64,000 bases of DNA from Sphyrna mokarran (GCA_024679065.1 JAGIQG010000003.1:48422001-48486000), one strand, 5' to 3'; counted from the stretch's first letter, positions 12,230 through 23,957 are shown. Numbers and translations are program-made. Notes: generated by a model from the letters alone, not told the origin.

Positions 12230-12920
12230 GAGATCAGTGCATGATTTTTAAAGAGTGCTCAGATCATAACATATATAAGTATCCCCCACAGCCCACCAAG
12301 AATGCCTCAGGGCCTTTCCTCCCCATTCGAGCCTGATCAGACTTGGCCTCTTCTTCTCCCATTCCCCCAATTATACTGCTTCTCCCCCCCCCCCCCCCCC
12401 ACCTTTGCTCATTGGCCACATCTCCCTTCCCCCACTGTCCTAATTATCGCCTGTCCCCCAAATGGCCATCACTAGCATCTCTACCTCTTCTATCTCCTCT
12501 TGGCCACCAGCACATCGAAATGAACACCCTACCAACGTTTCATTCCTCCACCCTCCCACACTTCCCCTGTGAGGCTCCTACCTGGCACATGTAGGCACTG
12601 CCAGTTTGGCATGGTGCCAACCTGTGCCAAAGGACAGTACCAAGGAGCATTGCTAAGCCACTGCCTGGCCATGTCCTTTCCTTGGGGGGGGGGGGGGGCT
12701 ATACTTACCTTTGCACCTCTAGCAAAACCACCATGACAGGTTCACATCTCTGTGAACTTGTCGTAACTGCGCCAGCATAATCCATTACGAGCTTGAAACC
12801 AATGACATTGCCTGTGAGGAAGTGGAAAATCCAAATGCATGTTCTCAGCAGCAAGAACTGTGACTTCCAGATCTTCAACCCCTGCCAGTATTCACAGGGA
12901 TGCAAACACAGGCTCAAGAG
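12230..12920. repeat. GC-richer interspersed repeat, probable DNA transposon relic
   Basis: C-rich tracts and GGCACTGCCAG/GGTGCC motifs shared with 2730-3230 and 44520-45215. Confidence 0.35.
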
Positions 12921-12945
12921 TGCCCCTATGGTTACTGTAAATTTA

Positions 12946-13225
12946 TAAGAAGAACTTGCACCTTATAGCATATTTTACAATTGCAAAGCATGTTCCAATT
13001 AGTGAAGTGCATTTGATGTGCAGTCCCTGCTGTAATGTGAAGCAGTTAACTTATGCACCGCAAGATCCCACAAATAGCAGATAATGACCAGATAATATGT
13101 TGTAGTGAAGTTGCTCGAGGGAAAAATATTGATCAGCATGCTGAAGAGAATCCCCTTCTCTTTGAAGTAGTACAGTTAAATCTTTCACACACACCTGAAA
13201 GGACAGGCAGTGCCCCATGTATTGA
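12946..13225 (-). mobile_element. Deu-domain SINE (SacSINE1/AmnSINE1-like), degenerate
   Basis: AACTTGCACCTTATAGC...GCAAGATCCCACAAATAGCAGATAATGACCAGATAAT...GAGGGAAAAATATTGATCAG...GAGAATCCCCTTCTCTTTGAAGTAGT matches the recalled reverse strand of the Deu domain plus an L2-derived tail. Confidence 0.75.
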
Positions 13226-14205
13226 AATAGTTTGAAGTTGGTGTCATCTTAGCTACCTGCTGAATTTCTTAATTATAAATAATGAATCCAGTTTATACAT
13301 ATTTGTGGGCAAGTATTATGATAAGTAAAGGAAAATCACACCTCACTTAGACTTCTCAAAAGTGAGTTTTGGCAATTCTGGTCAACTGCATATTGGCATA
13401 ATTTCTTTTAACTATTAATGCTGCTCAGGTTCTTTCTGCAATTATTGTCTTGTCTGTATGCAAACATATCTCTAGCTTTCATGAGAGAAACAATTTTCTG
13501 TTGAAACGGAATCCATCTGCATTGCCAAAACTCAATGTCAATACTCAGCCACTGACAATTAAAATTACTGAATTATTACTTCAGTTGGCAACTTGCATTA
13601 CACATTCTCTTCCACTGAAGTATTTTAAGGTTTATTGCATCATTTGTGACCTAAAATTTGACACTCTGCAGGAGTTCTTCCTCCCCTTCAAATGAATGTT
13701 TCAGCCAAAATATTCCCAGGGAAAAGACGTCAGAATAATGCTCTAATTTGAACTGCTATCAGAAGAGAACCATCTCAATTTCCACTTATTCCCACACATC
13801 ACATTTACAGGTTTTAAAATTCTGGTTTGAAGAGCTTAAACATATATTTGATCACCTGAATAACTTAGCTACAAATCCAATCCACTCATAGTTATTGCCA
13901 ACCCTTACACTAAACAGCATTATCTTGCTTTCAGTTGAAAGATTTAGTTTGCTGCATACTTGAATCCAGCATCCATCATCAAGACAATTAAACTTCAGTA
14001 AGAAAGAGAGAAACTAAAAAGATAAAAGCAATTACAAAATAAAAAAGCAAAAAAAAAAATAAAAGAATGGAAAGCAGGAAAGGAAGTCATTAAAACAAAT
14101 ACAGAACATTAAATTTGAAGGCACTGAGAACTGAGCAGAAAGTTGTAAAATGCTATACCGTGAAAAAACATTTTTTAAAAAAATCACAGCATAGGCACAT
14201 ATAAG

Positions 14206-14648
14206 TTTGTCGTAAGAGGAACAGTTGAGGACTCTGGGTCTGTACTCGGAGTTCAGAAGGATGGGGAGGGATCTTATTGAAAGTTACAGGATACTGCTAG
14301 GCTTGGATAGACTGGATGTGGAGAGGATGTTTCCACTAGTAGGAAAAACTAGAAATGGAGGGCGCAACTTCAGGCTAAAGGGACAATCTTTTAAAACAGA
14401 GATCAGGAGGAATTTCTTCAGCCAGAGAGTGTTGAATGTGTGGAATTCTTTGCCACAGAAGGCTGTGGAGGCCACGTCATTGAGTGTCTTTAAGACAGAG
14501 ATAGATAGGTGCTTGAATAATAAGGAGGTCAGTGGTTATAGTGAAAAGGTAGGAGAATGCAGACAAGAAAAATATCAGCCATGACTGAATGGCAGAGCAG
14601 ATTCAATGGGCCGAATGGCCTAATTCTGCTCCTTTGTCTTATGATCTT
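14206..14648 (+). mobile_element. CR1/HER1 LINE 3' end (ORF2 C-terminus plus 3' UTR)
   Basis: ORF 14225-14584 reads LGLYSEFRRMGRDLIESYRIL...RRNFFSQRVLNVWNSLPQKAVEA; tail GGGCCGAATGGCCTAATTCTGCTCC. Confidence 0.92.
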
Positions 14649-15199
14649 AAAAGTTGGTTACCCTTGAAAGGACATCATACTTTAAAGTCATTGCAATTTT
14701 GAGATACATGGTGATTGTGAACTTGATGAAATTCCTAAACTTGCTTTTTTATATCATCAGAGGGATTCATGTGAGATATTATAAGACAGCCTTTTGTTTC
14801 AAGAAGTAGCAAGACCATTGCAAAATTGCACAAGTGAACCACATTCCACCTTCAGAAACAACAGGCAGAATTTTCCCTGGCTGTTGTAGTTGCATTTGAG
14901 GATAAGTGGGACAGTAAAGCCGGAAAACTGATCCCTGATGGAGATCCTGATATGGTCCTACCCTCTGCTGGGTTTCCCCACAGTGGGATTGAAAAAAAGC
15001 AAAGAAGACTCCTCCCCAAGACAGAGGAAGTGGACACAAATTCAACTGGAAGGAGGCGAAACCTACAACAAATAAGGTACAGGGGATCAGCTCTCTTAAC
15101 ATGTCCAGGTGCCATTGCTTCAGAAGGTTCAGGTATTCATGGTGAGCTTTTGTTGACATCTGCAGCCTCCTAGAAAAAGAACTCCTTTCTTGTGCAACA

Positions 15200-15700
15200 G
15201 ATGAGCATGCATTTGCTAATGGCAGATAAGGTCCCTGTCATTGGAGGGCTAACTCATTCCCATCAGCTTCACCACACTGAACTCCCCACTTACCCCATCA
15301 GGATCTCTGCTTTTCTACAAGGAAAGAAATAAGAGAGATGCAAATGCAGTCATATAACTGATGTGCAGAAGGAGGGAAGGATATCATTTTGAAAGATAGT
15401 TGCGGGGCACATGTGCGAGGAGGCATTAGAGTAAGGGTGAATGCAAGTGTCGTCTGCTCAAGGTAAAGGAATGAATGGAATTGCAAGGCATATTGACCTG
15501 ACACAAAGTAAGTCAGAGTGTTTTGGCTTGACATCTTAAAGTGTTGTGCCACTCACTTGAATTGCGCTTCTGAGATCTTGAATGCTTTTGGTGCACTGTC
15601 TCCAGGCTGGAGGAGGAATATGCGGCTGATGTCATCAGCTACTTCCAAACATGCCTGTTTGGTGAGGAGGTTTTCAGCTTCCTACATCTTTGTTAGAGCT
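15200..15700 (-). pseudogene. PIF/Harbinger Myb/SANT-like gene relic with retained splice sites
   Basis: The minus strand reads LTKQACLEVADDIS and, after a frameshift, AWRQCTKSIQDLRSAIQ followed at once by a GTGAGT donor (~15550-15555). A downstream acceptor TCTCTTATTTCTTTCCTTGTAG lies at ~15315-15336. Confidence 0.65.
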
Positions 15701-16279
15701 CATTTTATTTACCCCCTCAGGTGCTGGTAGCAGGACATCCAGATGAAAGAGAGAGACCTGGCCAGCAGCCTTCCCAGGTCTCCTCTCCACCCTAGTTGTT
15801 GCAACAGCCTGAAAAATTCAGTTCTTCTGACACATATTGCTTTCACTTTAATTAAAAATCCTTCCTTTGACAGAACGGATAAACCATCTCATCCACCTTC
15901 CCTCATCTTTTAGAGAGTCTGAAGGAAAAATAATAATTGGCTTGCTCTGGTAAAGAGCAACTGCCAGGTGAGTTATTTGGAGAATTGAGTTCTGAATCCA
16001 AATGTGGTCCCTGTGTTACAACATTGACCAAGGTAGTAAAATTCTATCCAAGATTTCATTACACTATGGAACTTGTTTTTATGCTTTGATAAGATGAATG
16101 CAATAACAAATATAGGAATGAAATTAATCACAAAATAGTCAAATCATGACAGTGGTTGATGCTAGTTACATTGGTCCCATTTATCCTTCAGCATCTGCAT
16201 GCAAACATTTCTTTGTGACAGTAATCATGATATTTTAGTAAACCCCTACTTCAAAATTATGTAATGTCACTACTTTTCT

Positions 16280-16640
16280 ATGTTGTATCCAGTCTGGCCA
16301 GTAAAGCACATTATCTCTATTAGCCTGTCAATAGCAAATCAGTTGAATTGCTTGTTCTTTAATTGATGGAACAGATTGCTCCACCTATTGATGGATTACA
16401 TCAGGCTAACAGCTGTATGCCTTGTCCCACCGGATTTGCCCACAGATTGCACCAAAGCCATTTTGGGTTTTACTTGCTTCAATCAATCCTGAGGTATAAA
16501 GGTGTGCTCATCTCCACTCTTTACCTAAAATTACCCAATCTCCATTAAGAAATTAGTTATTGGGACTGCTAATTATTCGACAAATGATTTATTTCTACAT
16601 GGAAAATCAGAATCAGCAAACCACTGTGCAAATGCCATAG
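16280..16640. promoter_or_regulatory. Candidate conserved non-coding enhancer (Pbx-Hox + Meis motifs)
   Basis: Repeat-free block with TGATGGAT (16389-16396), CTGTCA (16325-16330) and several TAAT cores. Conservation was not tested. Confidence 0.35.
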
Positions 16641-17888
16641 AAAATATATCAGAGACTTGATCATATTTCATTTAATAATGATTTTTTGCTTAGTTTCAGA
16701 AAACACTTTCAATCAAATTAAAACAGAGGAACAATTTGATGTTTATGAGGCAAACTTTTATATATTGGTACATAATGCATATAAACACAGAATATAAACA
16801 CTAAATAAAATGCTAATCCACTTTACGTCTATACAGTTACATGACAAATATACTTTAGAAAGTAAGGATAATTAAATTTTTCTGTTTCAGTGCATCAAAT
16901 CTAGATCAAAACAGATCAAATGGAATTTCTAATTCTCCACCAATGGTACAGGCCATGTCTGACAGCAATCATGCAGTCTTAACTATCATTTTTTCAACTG
17001 GCTAAATCTCCAACCAATAAAAACAGACAAAGAAACATACAGAAGCAACGTTCCTCTCTCATTTTTCAACAAATTAAATAAGTTATTGTAGATTCCTAAA
17101 ACTTATGATCAGTTACAAAATGTATTTTCCATCAGATGTAATGGGTTAAATATGTGAACTACATTTGCAAACCTATGATGTAGAGATTTGGAGTAACTTT
17201 AAACCACACAAATAGGTAAGTTGGGTGCAAGTGAAACTTAAAATTTAAAAAGAATTCAGGCAAGACTCCAATTTTCTTATTTCTGGTTTTAACAGAGCAA
17301 AATCAGGGACCATACTTGGGTCGGTCAGTGAATTCTTTTAAGGAGGCTGTGTACCTACTCTTTTACACACAATAGCTTCAGGAAACCTGATAGGTATAAA
17401 AGGAGGAAAGGAGGTTGTTGATTTACATCACTGCACATGGACTATGAGCAGCATATCTTTCAAGCCAAAATGCTTACTTGCTTTCCCATCCACAACTGAC
17501 TGACCTTATCCCACACTGACCTCTGACTACTCATCCAATTGCCAACTCCTTATGAGCTTCACCCACTTTCACAATCTCCCCCATAATCTCTCCCCCCACG
17601 CTGATCTCAATCTCTCCCCTGCAACAGTGAGGTCTCATAGCTAGGATCTCATATTCCACCATGATCTCTCTCCCAACTACTTTCTCTCCAATTATGATCT
17701 TTCCTCCTTCTTACCTCAATCCATCCCCCTTCCAGAATTTCTCTCCCGCTCCTCAGCCCCAAACTCTCCCCACTCCCTCTCCCAAGAACAATGAACAATG
17801 TTGTCCTCAATCTCGAATTTTCATCCTGACCATATCTTACCCATCCCATCCATTTTCTCTCCTCACTAAAAACAATCTCTCTCTTCTC

Positions 17889-18650
17889 TGTAGTGCTGTG
17901 GTCCAGGCTAGAGGCTCCAAAGTGTTTTGTGAAGATAGCCTAAACTCTAAGCTTTTCATTTATTTTAGGGTGAATATAAGGTATTTCACTCCAGGTACAA
18001 TGCAAGTGATCCACTAGGAAGCTTTTATCAAACAACGTTTATTTAAGAACACAATTAATAAACAACAAAAAATAATTAGCATAATTATCAATTACAAGAC
18101 TTAAACATGACACAGTATAATTCTTAACAGCTAGCTATCTTTGTTGTTCCAGTTTAAAGCAATAACTGATAGACGTACACCCTTCTTCAGAATCAGTCAA
18201 CACTAAAACAAGGATGCGCATATTATGTTGGATTTTCAGTTTTTTACACTTCTGGTCAGAGATTTCAACAGTAGTTTTCAAAGAAGGATACTTCCTCAAA
18301 ATAGCAAAGCTTCAGAGAAGTAAACCCAGTCACTGGCAGCTTCCAATCTTCAGACAGGAAACAAGAAGACAGTCAGCTTCCAAAACAGCAACCCTTACAC
18401 AGCAAAAATTTCAATTCGAGAGGAGGAAAAGCACTCTGTCTCTCTCAGCTCCAAGCAGCTTCTGAAAATGAAACTAAAACTGGACTTACCTGTGAAAATG
18501 TAATTGTTCCCAGTCATATGACCTGACTTGTCAATCACCTACTCAATCAAGCTCTACTCCATTCCAAGGGAACACTAAACTAACAAAACGCTGCCTTAGT
18601 TCAGATTAAAACAAACATGTTGTCAATTATACAGCTTCAGTAACAATCTC
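17889..18650 (-). mobile_element. Probable solo LTR (Gypsy-like), degenerate
   Basis: Minus-strand AATAAACGTTGTTTGATAAAAGCTTCC poly(A) region (18020-18045) and a general LTR-like composition. Ends are uncertain. Confidence 0.4.
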
Positions 18651-19194
18651 AGAACTAGAGAACTTGATTGGGCTGTAAGTCACCCAATTGTATAATTTTT
18701 AATTATTTAGTACATGAAAGGTTTTTATAACTAAAAAAGGATTTTTTAAAAGGTGGCTGGTGAAGGATATGGATCTATCCTAGGGAATTTTTACTGTTCA
18801 AATGTGTTTTCTAAAGAGAAACTCTATAATCATATCAAAATGCAAGTTCATAATGGCAAACTTAAAAATTGTACTTTTTAACGTATTGTAATTTCTTACG
18901 GATCATTGCAAAATATGCTTCTGATAGACATTTTATTTTAGAAGATTTAAGAAAAGTAGGTTATTTAATACTTGAATGTGCGAACATTTTGAAGTTGAGT
19001 TATAGGTAAATATTTGAATTGGAAAATAACTTTTCCATGTTTCAGTAATTTTGATTTCTTGTCCATGAATTAACATATACGGTATTACATACTGAATGTG
19101 CTTCATTGTTTTGCTTTGCAAAATAGTGAAACACAGTGCTTTCAATTTCCTTCAGTTTGGTTATTTTTAGTTCTTTGAAATATTTTATGTTTAC

Positions 19195-19440
19195 TATGGA
19201 GGATCACCAATAGATCTCCCCTCAATCCTCAATATGAGCTCTCTTATTAGGTGAATTGAGGCTCTCCCAATAAGGAAGGAGCAGTGGGGGGTTTAAAACC
19301 AGCTGGCTCCACTCAGACCAGCAATCAATAGACTCAGGACTGATCTGCACTCTGTGGCTGTTGAATGCTGCTCAGATATTGCTGTAAACAAAAGAGTGTT
19401 TGGTGATGGAAGACTGGCCTTGGTAAGATTGGCCTTGGTA
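19195..19440 (+). mobile_element. Short solo-LTR-like sequence
   Basis: TATA-like GTTTAAAACC followed by GTAAACAAAAG-TGTTTGGTGATGGAAGACTGGCC, resembling short shark LTR U5 ends. Confidence 0.4.
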
Positions 19441-19494
19441 CGACTGATGTTGTATTGGCAATGTGGAGTAAAGCAGTTTTGTGGTCATTAGATT

Positions 19495-19615
19495 TTTAAT
19501 TCCAGATTTGTATTGGATTTAAATTTCACTGTCTGCCAGGGGAGGTCCCAAGAGCATTAGTCTGAGTCTCTGGATTACTGGTCTGTGACAATACCTCTAT
19601 ACCAACGCCTCTCCC
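19495..19615 (-). mobile_element. tRNA-derived SINE head (56695 family)
   Basis: TTCCAGATTTGTATTGGATTTAAATTTCAC...AGAGCATTAGTCTGAGTCTCTGGATTACTGGTCTGTGACAATACC is the reverse complement of that family head. Confidence 0.65.
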
Positions 19616-19636
19616 GACTTATACAGCAGTACAACT

Positions 19637-20230
19637 ATTTTCCATATCTTGGGAACCTCCTCCCGACAAAGGCAGATGTAGGTGATAAAGTTAATCATTG
19701 CGTCCAATATAGCAGCTCAGACTTTGGCTGAATGAAGAAAAAGTGTTTGAGAACCAGGTTTTCGAACTTGAGAATAAGATCATGTTTTACTGGGCAGCTG
19801 CATTTCCATATGCTTCAGAGGTCTAGACAACCTATAGCAGACATTTCAAAACACTGAAGCGGGACCACCACAGGAAGATTCTTCGAAAGATGTTTTAAAT
19901 TCATGGAAAGAAAGAGGGTCCAACAGCAAATCCCTCTCTCAATCCAACATGTCCAGCATTGGCACACCAAAGATTCAAAACTAACTTCTCTGGGCTGGAC
20001 ATGTCATTCATATGCCTAACACCAGTGAAGCAACTGCTCTACCTGGAATTTGGTCAGTTAAAGAGATGCCCAAGAGGACAGGGAAAATTCTTTAGGGATG
20101 TTTTCAAAGCATCCGTGAAGAGATCAAATATCCCATTGAATCATGGGAGTATCTGACCAACCAAAATGAAGCAGGTGCATACAGGAGGCCACCAAACATA
20201 GAGATATTGTATCTGGAATGTCCAGAAGCC
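19637..20230 (+). mobile_element. RTE-clade LINE ORF C-terminal relic
   Basis: FPYLGNLLPTKADVGDKVNHCVQYSSSDFG*MKK, then KQLLYLEFGQLKRCPRGQGKFFRDVFKASVKR, matching the RTE FPYLGS...DEI..R...AFG and LYGEL..G.R..G...R.KD motifs. Confidence 0.8.
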
Positions 20231-21504
20231 TAAGTTGAGGCATTGGAATGTATACACAAAACTTCAAATAATCTGTTTATCCAAAACAGATTTTATTATT
20301 TATAAGTTAAAATCCAAAGGGGAAAGTTCCAAAGGGGAAGATGATAAAGTTCTACATTGCAAATGTACCATCTAGTCACAACTAAAAAAAGTCCACTGTC
20401 CAGATATTCCTCTTGCAGACATTGGTATTCACACAAAATCTTAACTCAATGTAATCAATTTAATCCCTGCCTCAAGTGGTCCATTCCCAGCTTCTAAAAC
20501 ATCATTACATCTATTAGTTCAGTTGAATAAAAGGTATCCTGCTAAATATCATACAATTAGATTTTACCTCCCTGGGTGAAAGCAGACGTCTGGTAAACAG
20601 CAGTGGTTCTTCATTGTGTTTCAGTATCTTACATGACTCAGTGATCCAGTTTGTCATTATTTCCTCAGATTCTGGTCTGATCATTCAATTAAACAAGAAA
20701 ATACATTGTGTCATAACTGTTTTAATGACTATAATTAATGAACAAATTTTAAGTTTTAGAAGTATTCATAAGTTTCTAAGGTAGCCCAGTTGGCAATGGA
20801 ACTGGTCAATATTAATGTGCAAAAATTAGGGCCAGAATTTACTGCAGCTACTGAACAAGTGGCAGGCACCATTCTTTTTACTTGTACTTTCCTTAACTAA
20901 TTCCAATGAGCTTTTCCACTGGAATGTCTTCCCAGTTGTAGATACACACAGTGCAATGCCCGCTACAGGGCAACTGAGAACAGATGTCGAGAGGTCAAGT
21001 AACAGTGCATCTTCAAAGTTAATCAGATTTAAGTATTGTCATGAATTGACCAGAATCTGAATCAGGTACATTAGAATAGTGAATTCAGTATTAAATCAGC
21101 TGCAAAATGTAAAATAAGAAGAGGGAAAGTAAGGTCAGATGAAGAGACAGAGAAAAGAGAGACAAAGAAAAACATCTCAAGACAAAGTTTTATTGTAACA
21201 ATGACTAGATGGAATGTGAATCCGTACTTGTAAACATAATTAGGGAATATTTGGCAAGACTCATCACACCATTAAAAGAGAACTTAGAGTAAATTGGACA
21301 AGTTATAATTTTTAGTTGTGGGTTTACTTTTTAGATATGGTATTATTACAGGAGCTTCTCATCACATTTAATGGGGAATAAGGCACTGAGCTGCTGTTTT
21401 TATACAGCACACAGAGCAGCAACACAATTTGTACTTTCAGATTTTCACATTTAACAACACATTTTTAATTGTTTGAACTTGCTGTTAGATTTGCACTAGA
21501 GATA

Positions 21505-21852
21505 TACATAGAAAATAGTAGCAGGGATAGGCCATTTGGTCCTTCAAGCCTGCTCACTATTAATTATGATCATGGCTGATTATCAAATTTAACTCCTGAT
21601 GCCTCCTTCACCCATTATTCCTTGATCCCATCACTCCAAAAGCTCTATCTAAATCCTTCTTGAAATCACACAACATTTTGGCCTCAACTACTCTGTGATT
21701 GTTAATTTGTGGGATTCACTAACTCCTGGATGTTGTTACCTCTGTCCTAAAAGGTTTACCCCTTATCCTCAAATTGTGACCCTTAGTTCTGGGCTCCACT
21801 ACCATTCCAAACATTCTTTCTGAATTTACTCTGTCTAATCCTGTCATAAGTT
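21505..21852 (-). mobile_element. CR1/HER1 LINE 3' end
   Basis: CATAGAAAATAGTAGCAGGGATAGGCCATTTGGTCCTTCAAGCCTGCT...GATCATGGCTGAT...CCCCTTATCCTCAAATTGTGACCCTTAGTTCTGG. Confidence 0.85.
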
Positions 21853-22168
21853 TTCTTCATGTACATAATACAATATATAAAATAAATACATACTTTACAT
21901 ATTCAAATTCAAATATTCTTCATTCATCACATAATATTATGCCGACAAATTCAATACATTTGAAATGCTGCCTACATTCAACATTTCTATAATATGACAT
22001 AATATATAACATTCAATTTGGGAAGACGAGTAACTATCTACAATGAATTAAGTGTTTTGATCTAGAATTAGATTACAATTCAGACATATTTTCATATTCA
22101 TTTCATGTTTCAAAGGATTTTGTGTTCAAACAATAAAACAGTTATAGTTCGTGAGTTAAAATACTTAC

Positions 22169-22244
22169 TGGTCAGTTAGCTCATAACAAGAAAAGGGTGA
22201 TTGATCTTTTAAGCTTGCTGAAGGAGGAAGATGTCCAATGTTTT
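22169..22244 (-). other. Candidate isolated 76-nt exon (unverified)
   Basis: Minus strand TTATTCTTTTTCCTTCAAG|...|GTAAGTAT with one open frame, NIGHLPPSASLKDQSPFSCYELTD. No protein was recognised. Confidence 0.2.
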
Positions 22245-22429
22245 CTTGAAGGAAAAAGAATAAATTTTTATACAATGGTATAGACAAAATTATTCATTAG
22301 TTCAATCAAATTCCTCTGATATAAACTTGTATTAAATGATAGTAAGAAACTGTGCTTAAGTGGAAAAATCTGGTTTCTATTGCAGTAATATAATGTGGGT
22401 TTTTCTACTTCAAGTGAATAAAGCAAAGA

Positions 22430-22635
22430 AAGGTAAACGAAGATTAACCATCGAGTCGGCCTACGGTCAATTAAATTAATGGCGAGCTTAGATCATCATT
22501 ACAGCAATTATCTAGAAAAAAGTTCTCCTTAGAGAAAGTATTGCTGACAGGCTATTTGCAAGATGTTCTACTCTGATGATGCAAATACTAATGAATCATC
22601 CAAATAATATGCAAATTCAAATGAAAACAAATTAT
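22430..22635. promoter_or_regulatory. Candidate conserved non-coding enhancer (octamer pair, homeobox cores)
   Basis: Five CpGs within ~50 bp, CAATTAAATTAATGG, TGACAG, and ATGCAAAT at 22579 and 22609. Confidence 0.35.
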
Positions 22636-22640
22636 CATTG

Positions 22641-22868
22641 CCAGAAAATATTGGAAAATCTCATCTGAGATAAAAATCTCTCATCTGAGATTTTCCAGCA
22701 TTTTCTGGTAATTAAGATAAAAGCAAAATACTATGGATGTTGGAATCTGAAACAAAAACGGAATTTGTTTAATTTGAATATGCTTATTATTTAGATGATT
22801 CACTAATATTTGCTGAGATTTTCCAGTCAGTTCTGTTTTTGTTTCAGATTCCAGTATCCACAATATCT
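22641..22868. mobile_element. Penelope-like terminal fragments in inverted arrangement
   Basis: CCAGAAAATATTGGAAAATCTCA pairs with TGAGATTTTCCAGCATTTTCTGG, and TGGATGTTGGAATCTGAAACAAAAAC pairs with GTTTTTGTTTCAGATTCCAGTATCCA. Confidence 0.6.
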
Positions 22869-23287
22869 TAATTACCATTGCAGTGTATTGTAGAGGAATT
22901 GTCTTCCATTGTAGAGGAATTGTCAGTAAACAGGAAATAACTTTTTTTAACTATTGGTCAGAGGAAACAAGAATAATAATTCACTGTTAAACGAGCAAAC
23001 TAATTGCTTCAACAGAATGAGAAAATAATTGGCTTCCAGGATTTCAAATACTAAATAAGCATCTCCACTTACCTTCAATAGCTCTCTAGTGAAGTTATAA
23101 TAAACATAACTTTCACTGTTTCTGTTGAGAAATTTGTTGAGGACCCAAAAAAGGACCCAAGTGGGTTTATAAAACCTTCAACATATTTTACACTGAGAAT
23201 AAGGTGAATAACATTGAAAAAGAAACTAATATGTCCACTGACACCAGACCCAGTATGAGCCAGGCATCAAGAATTTAACTTATTCGG

Positions 23288-23578
23288 GAGTGGCAGGCTG
23301 GCACAGTGGTTAGCACTGCTGCTTCACAGCACCAGGGAATCAGGTTCAATTCTCAGCTTGGGTCACTGTGTGTGTGGAATTTGCACATTCTCCCCATGTC
23401 TGTGTAGGTTTCCTTTGGGAGCTCCAGTTTCCTCCCACAATCCAAAAATCATGCTGGTTAGATGCATTGCCCTTGCTAAATTCTCTCTTAGTGTGCCCGA
23501 ACAATGTGATGACGAGGAGATTTTCACAGTAACTTCATTGCAGTATTGATAATAAGCCTACTTGTGAATAAACTTTAA
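23288..23578 (+). mobile_element. HE1-like V-SINE, alternative tail
   Basis: Standard head and V-domain; tail TTTTCACAGTAACTTCATTGCAGTATTGATAATAAGCCTACTTGTGAATAAACTTT. Confidence 0.88.
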
Positions 23579-23761
23579 ATTGTAGAATTTTTCCTAATAT
23601 GACCACTTTTTCCAAAAAAAAGATCTATACACCATTTCTGTTGATGGTACTTAGACGGGTTACATGTCTTATTGTATAAGAGACAATGGAATACAGAGAT
23701 ATACAGACAACATAAAATAGCATATTCAGTATTCAAAGAGATCTATAAGAAACAGCACAAA

Positions 23762-23890
23762 CCAATGCTGATAGATGTGGGTCTTGTTCCATCCATTGTT
23801 ATTAGATGTGGATCTAGTTCATCCAATGCTTAGATAGGGGTATTGTCCATCTAGTGCTGTTAAATATGGATCTTGTCCATCCAATGCCGT
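23762..23890. repeat. Degenerate minisatellite, ~30-bp unit, about 4.3 copies
   Basis: Units: CCAATGCTGATAGATGTGGGTCTTGTTCCAT / CCATTGTTATTAGATGTGGATCTAGTTCAT / CCAATGCTTAGATAGGGGTATTGTCCAT / CTAGTGCTGTTAAATATGGATCTTGTCCAT / CCAATGCCGT. Confidence 0.8.
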
Positions 23891-23957
23891 CAGGCCTATA
23901 ACCTAGCTCCTCCCCTACCTATTGACAGGTATTGGTAATTCGCCATTGAACCATCTG

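Noticed and set aside
23762-23890. CRISPR-like array
   Set aside because: The units are contiguous and diverged with no unique spacers, the context is eukaryotic, and there are no cas genes.
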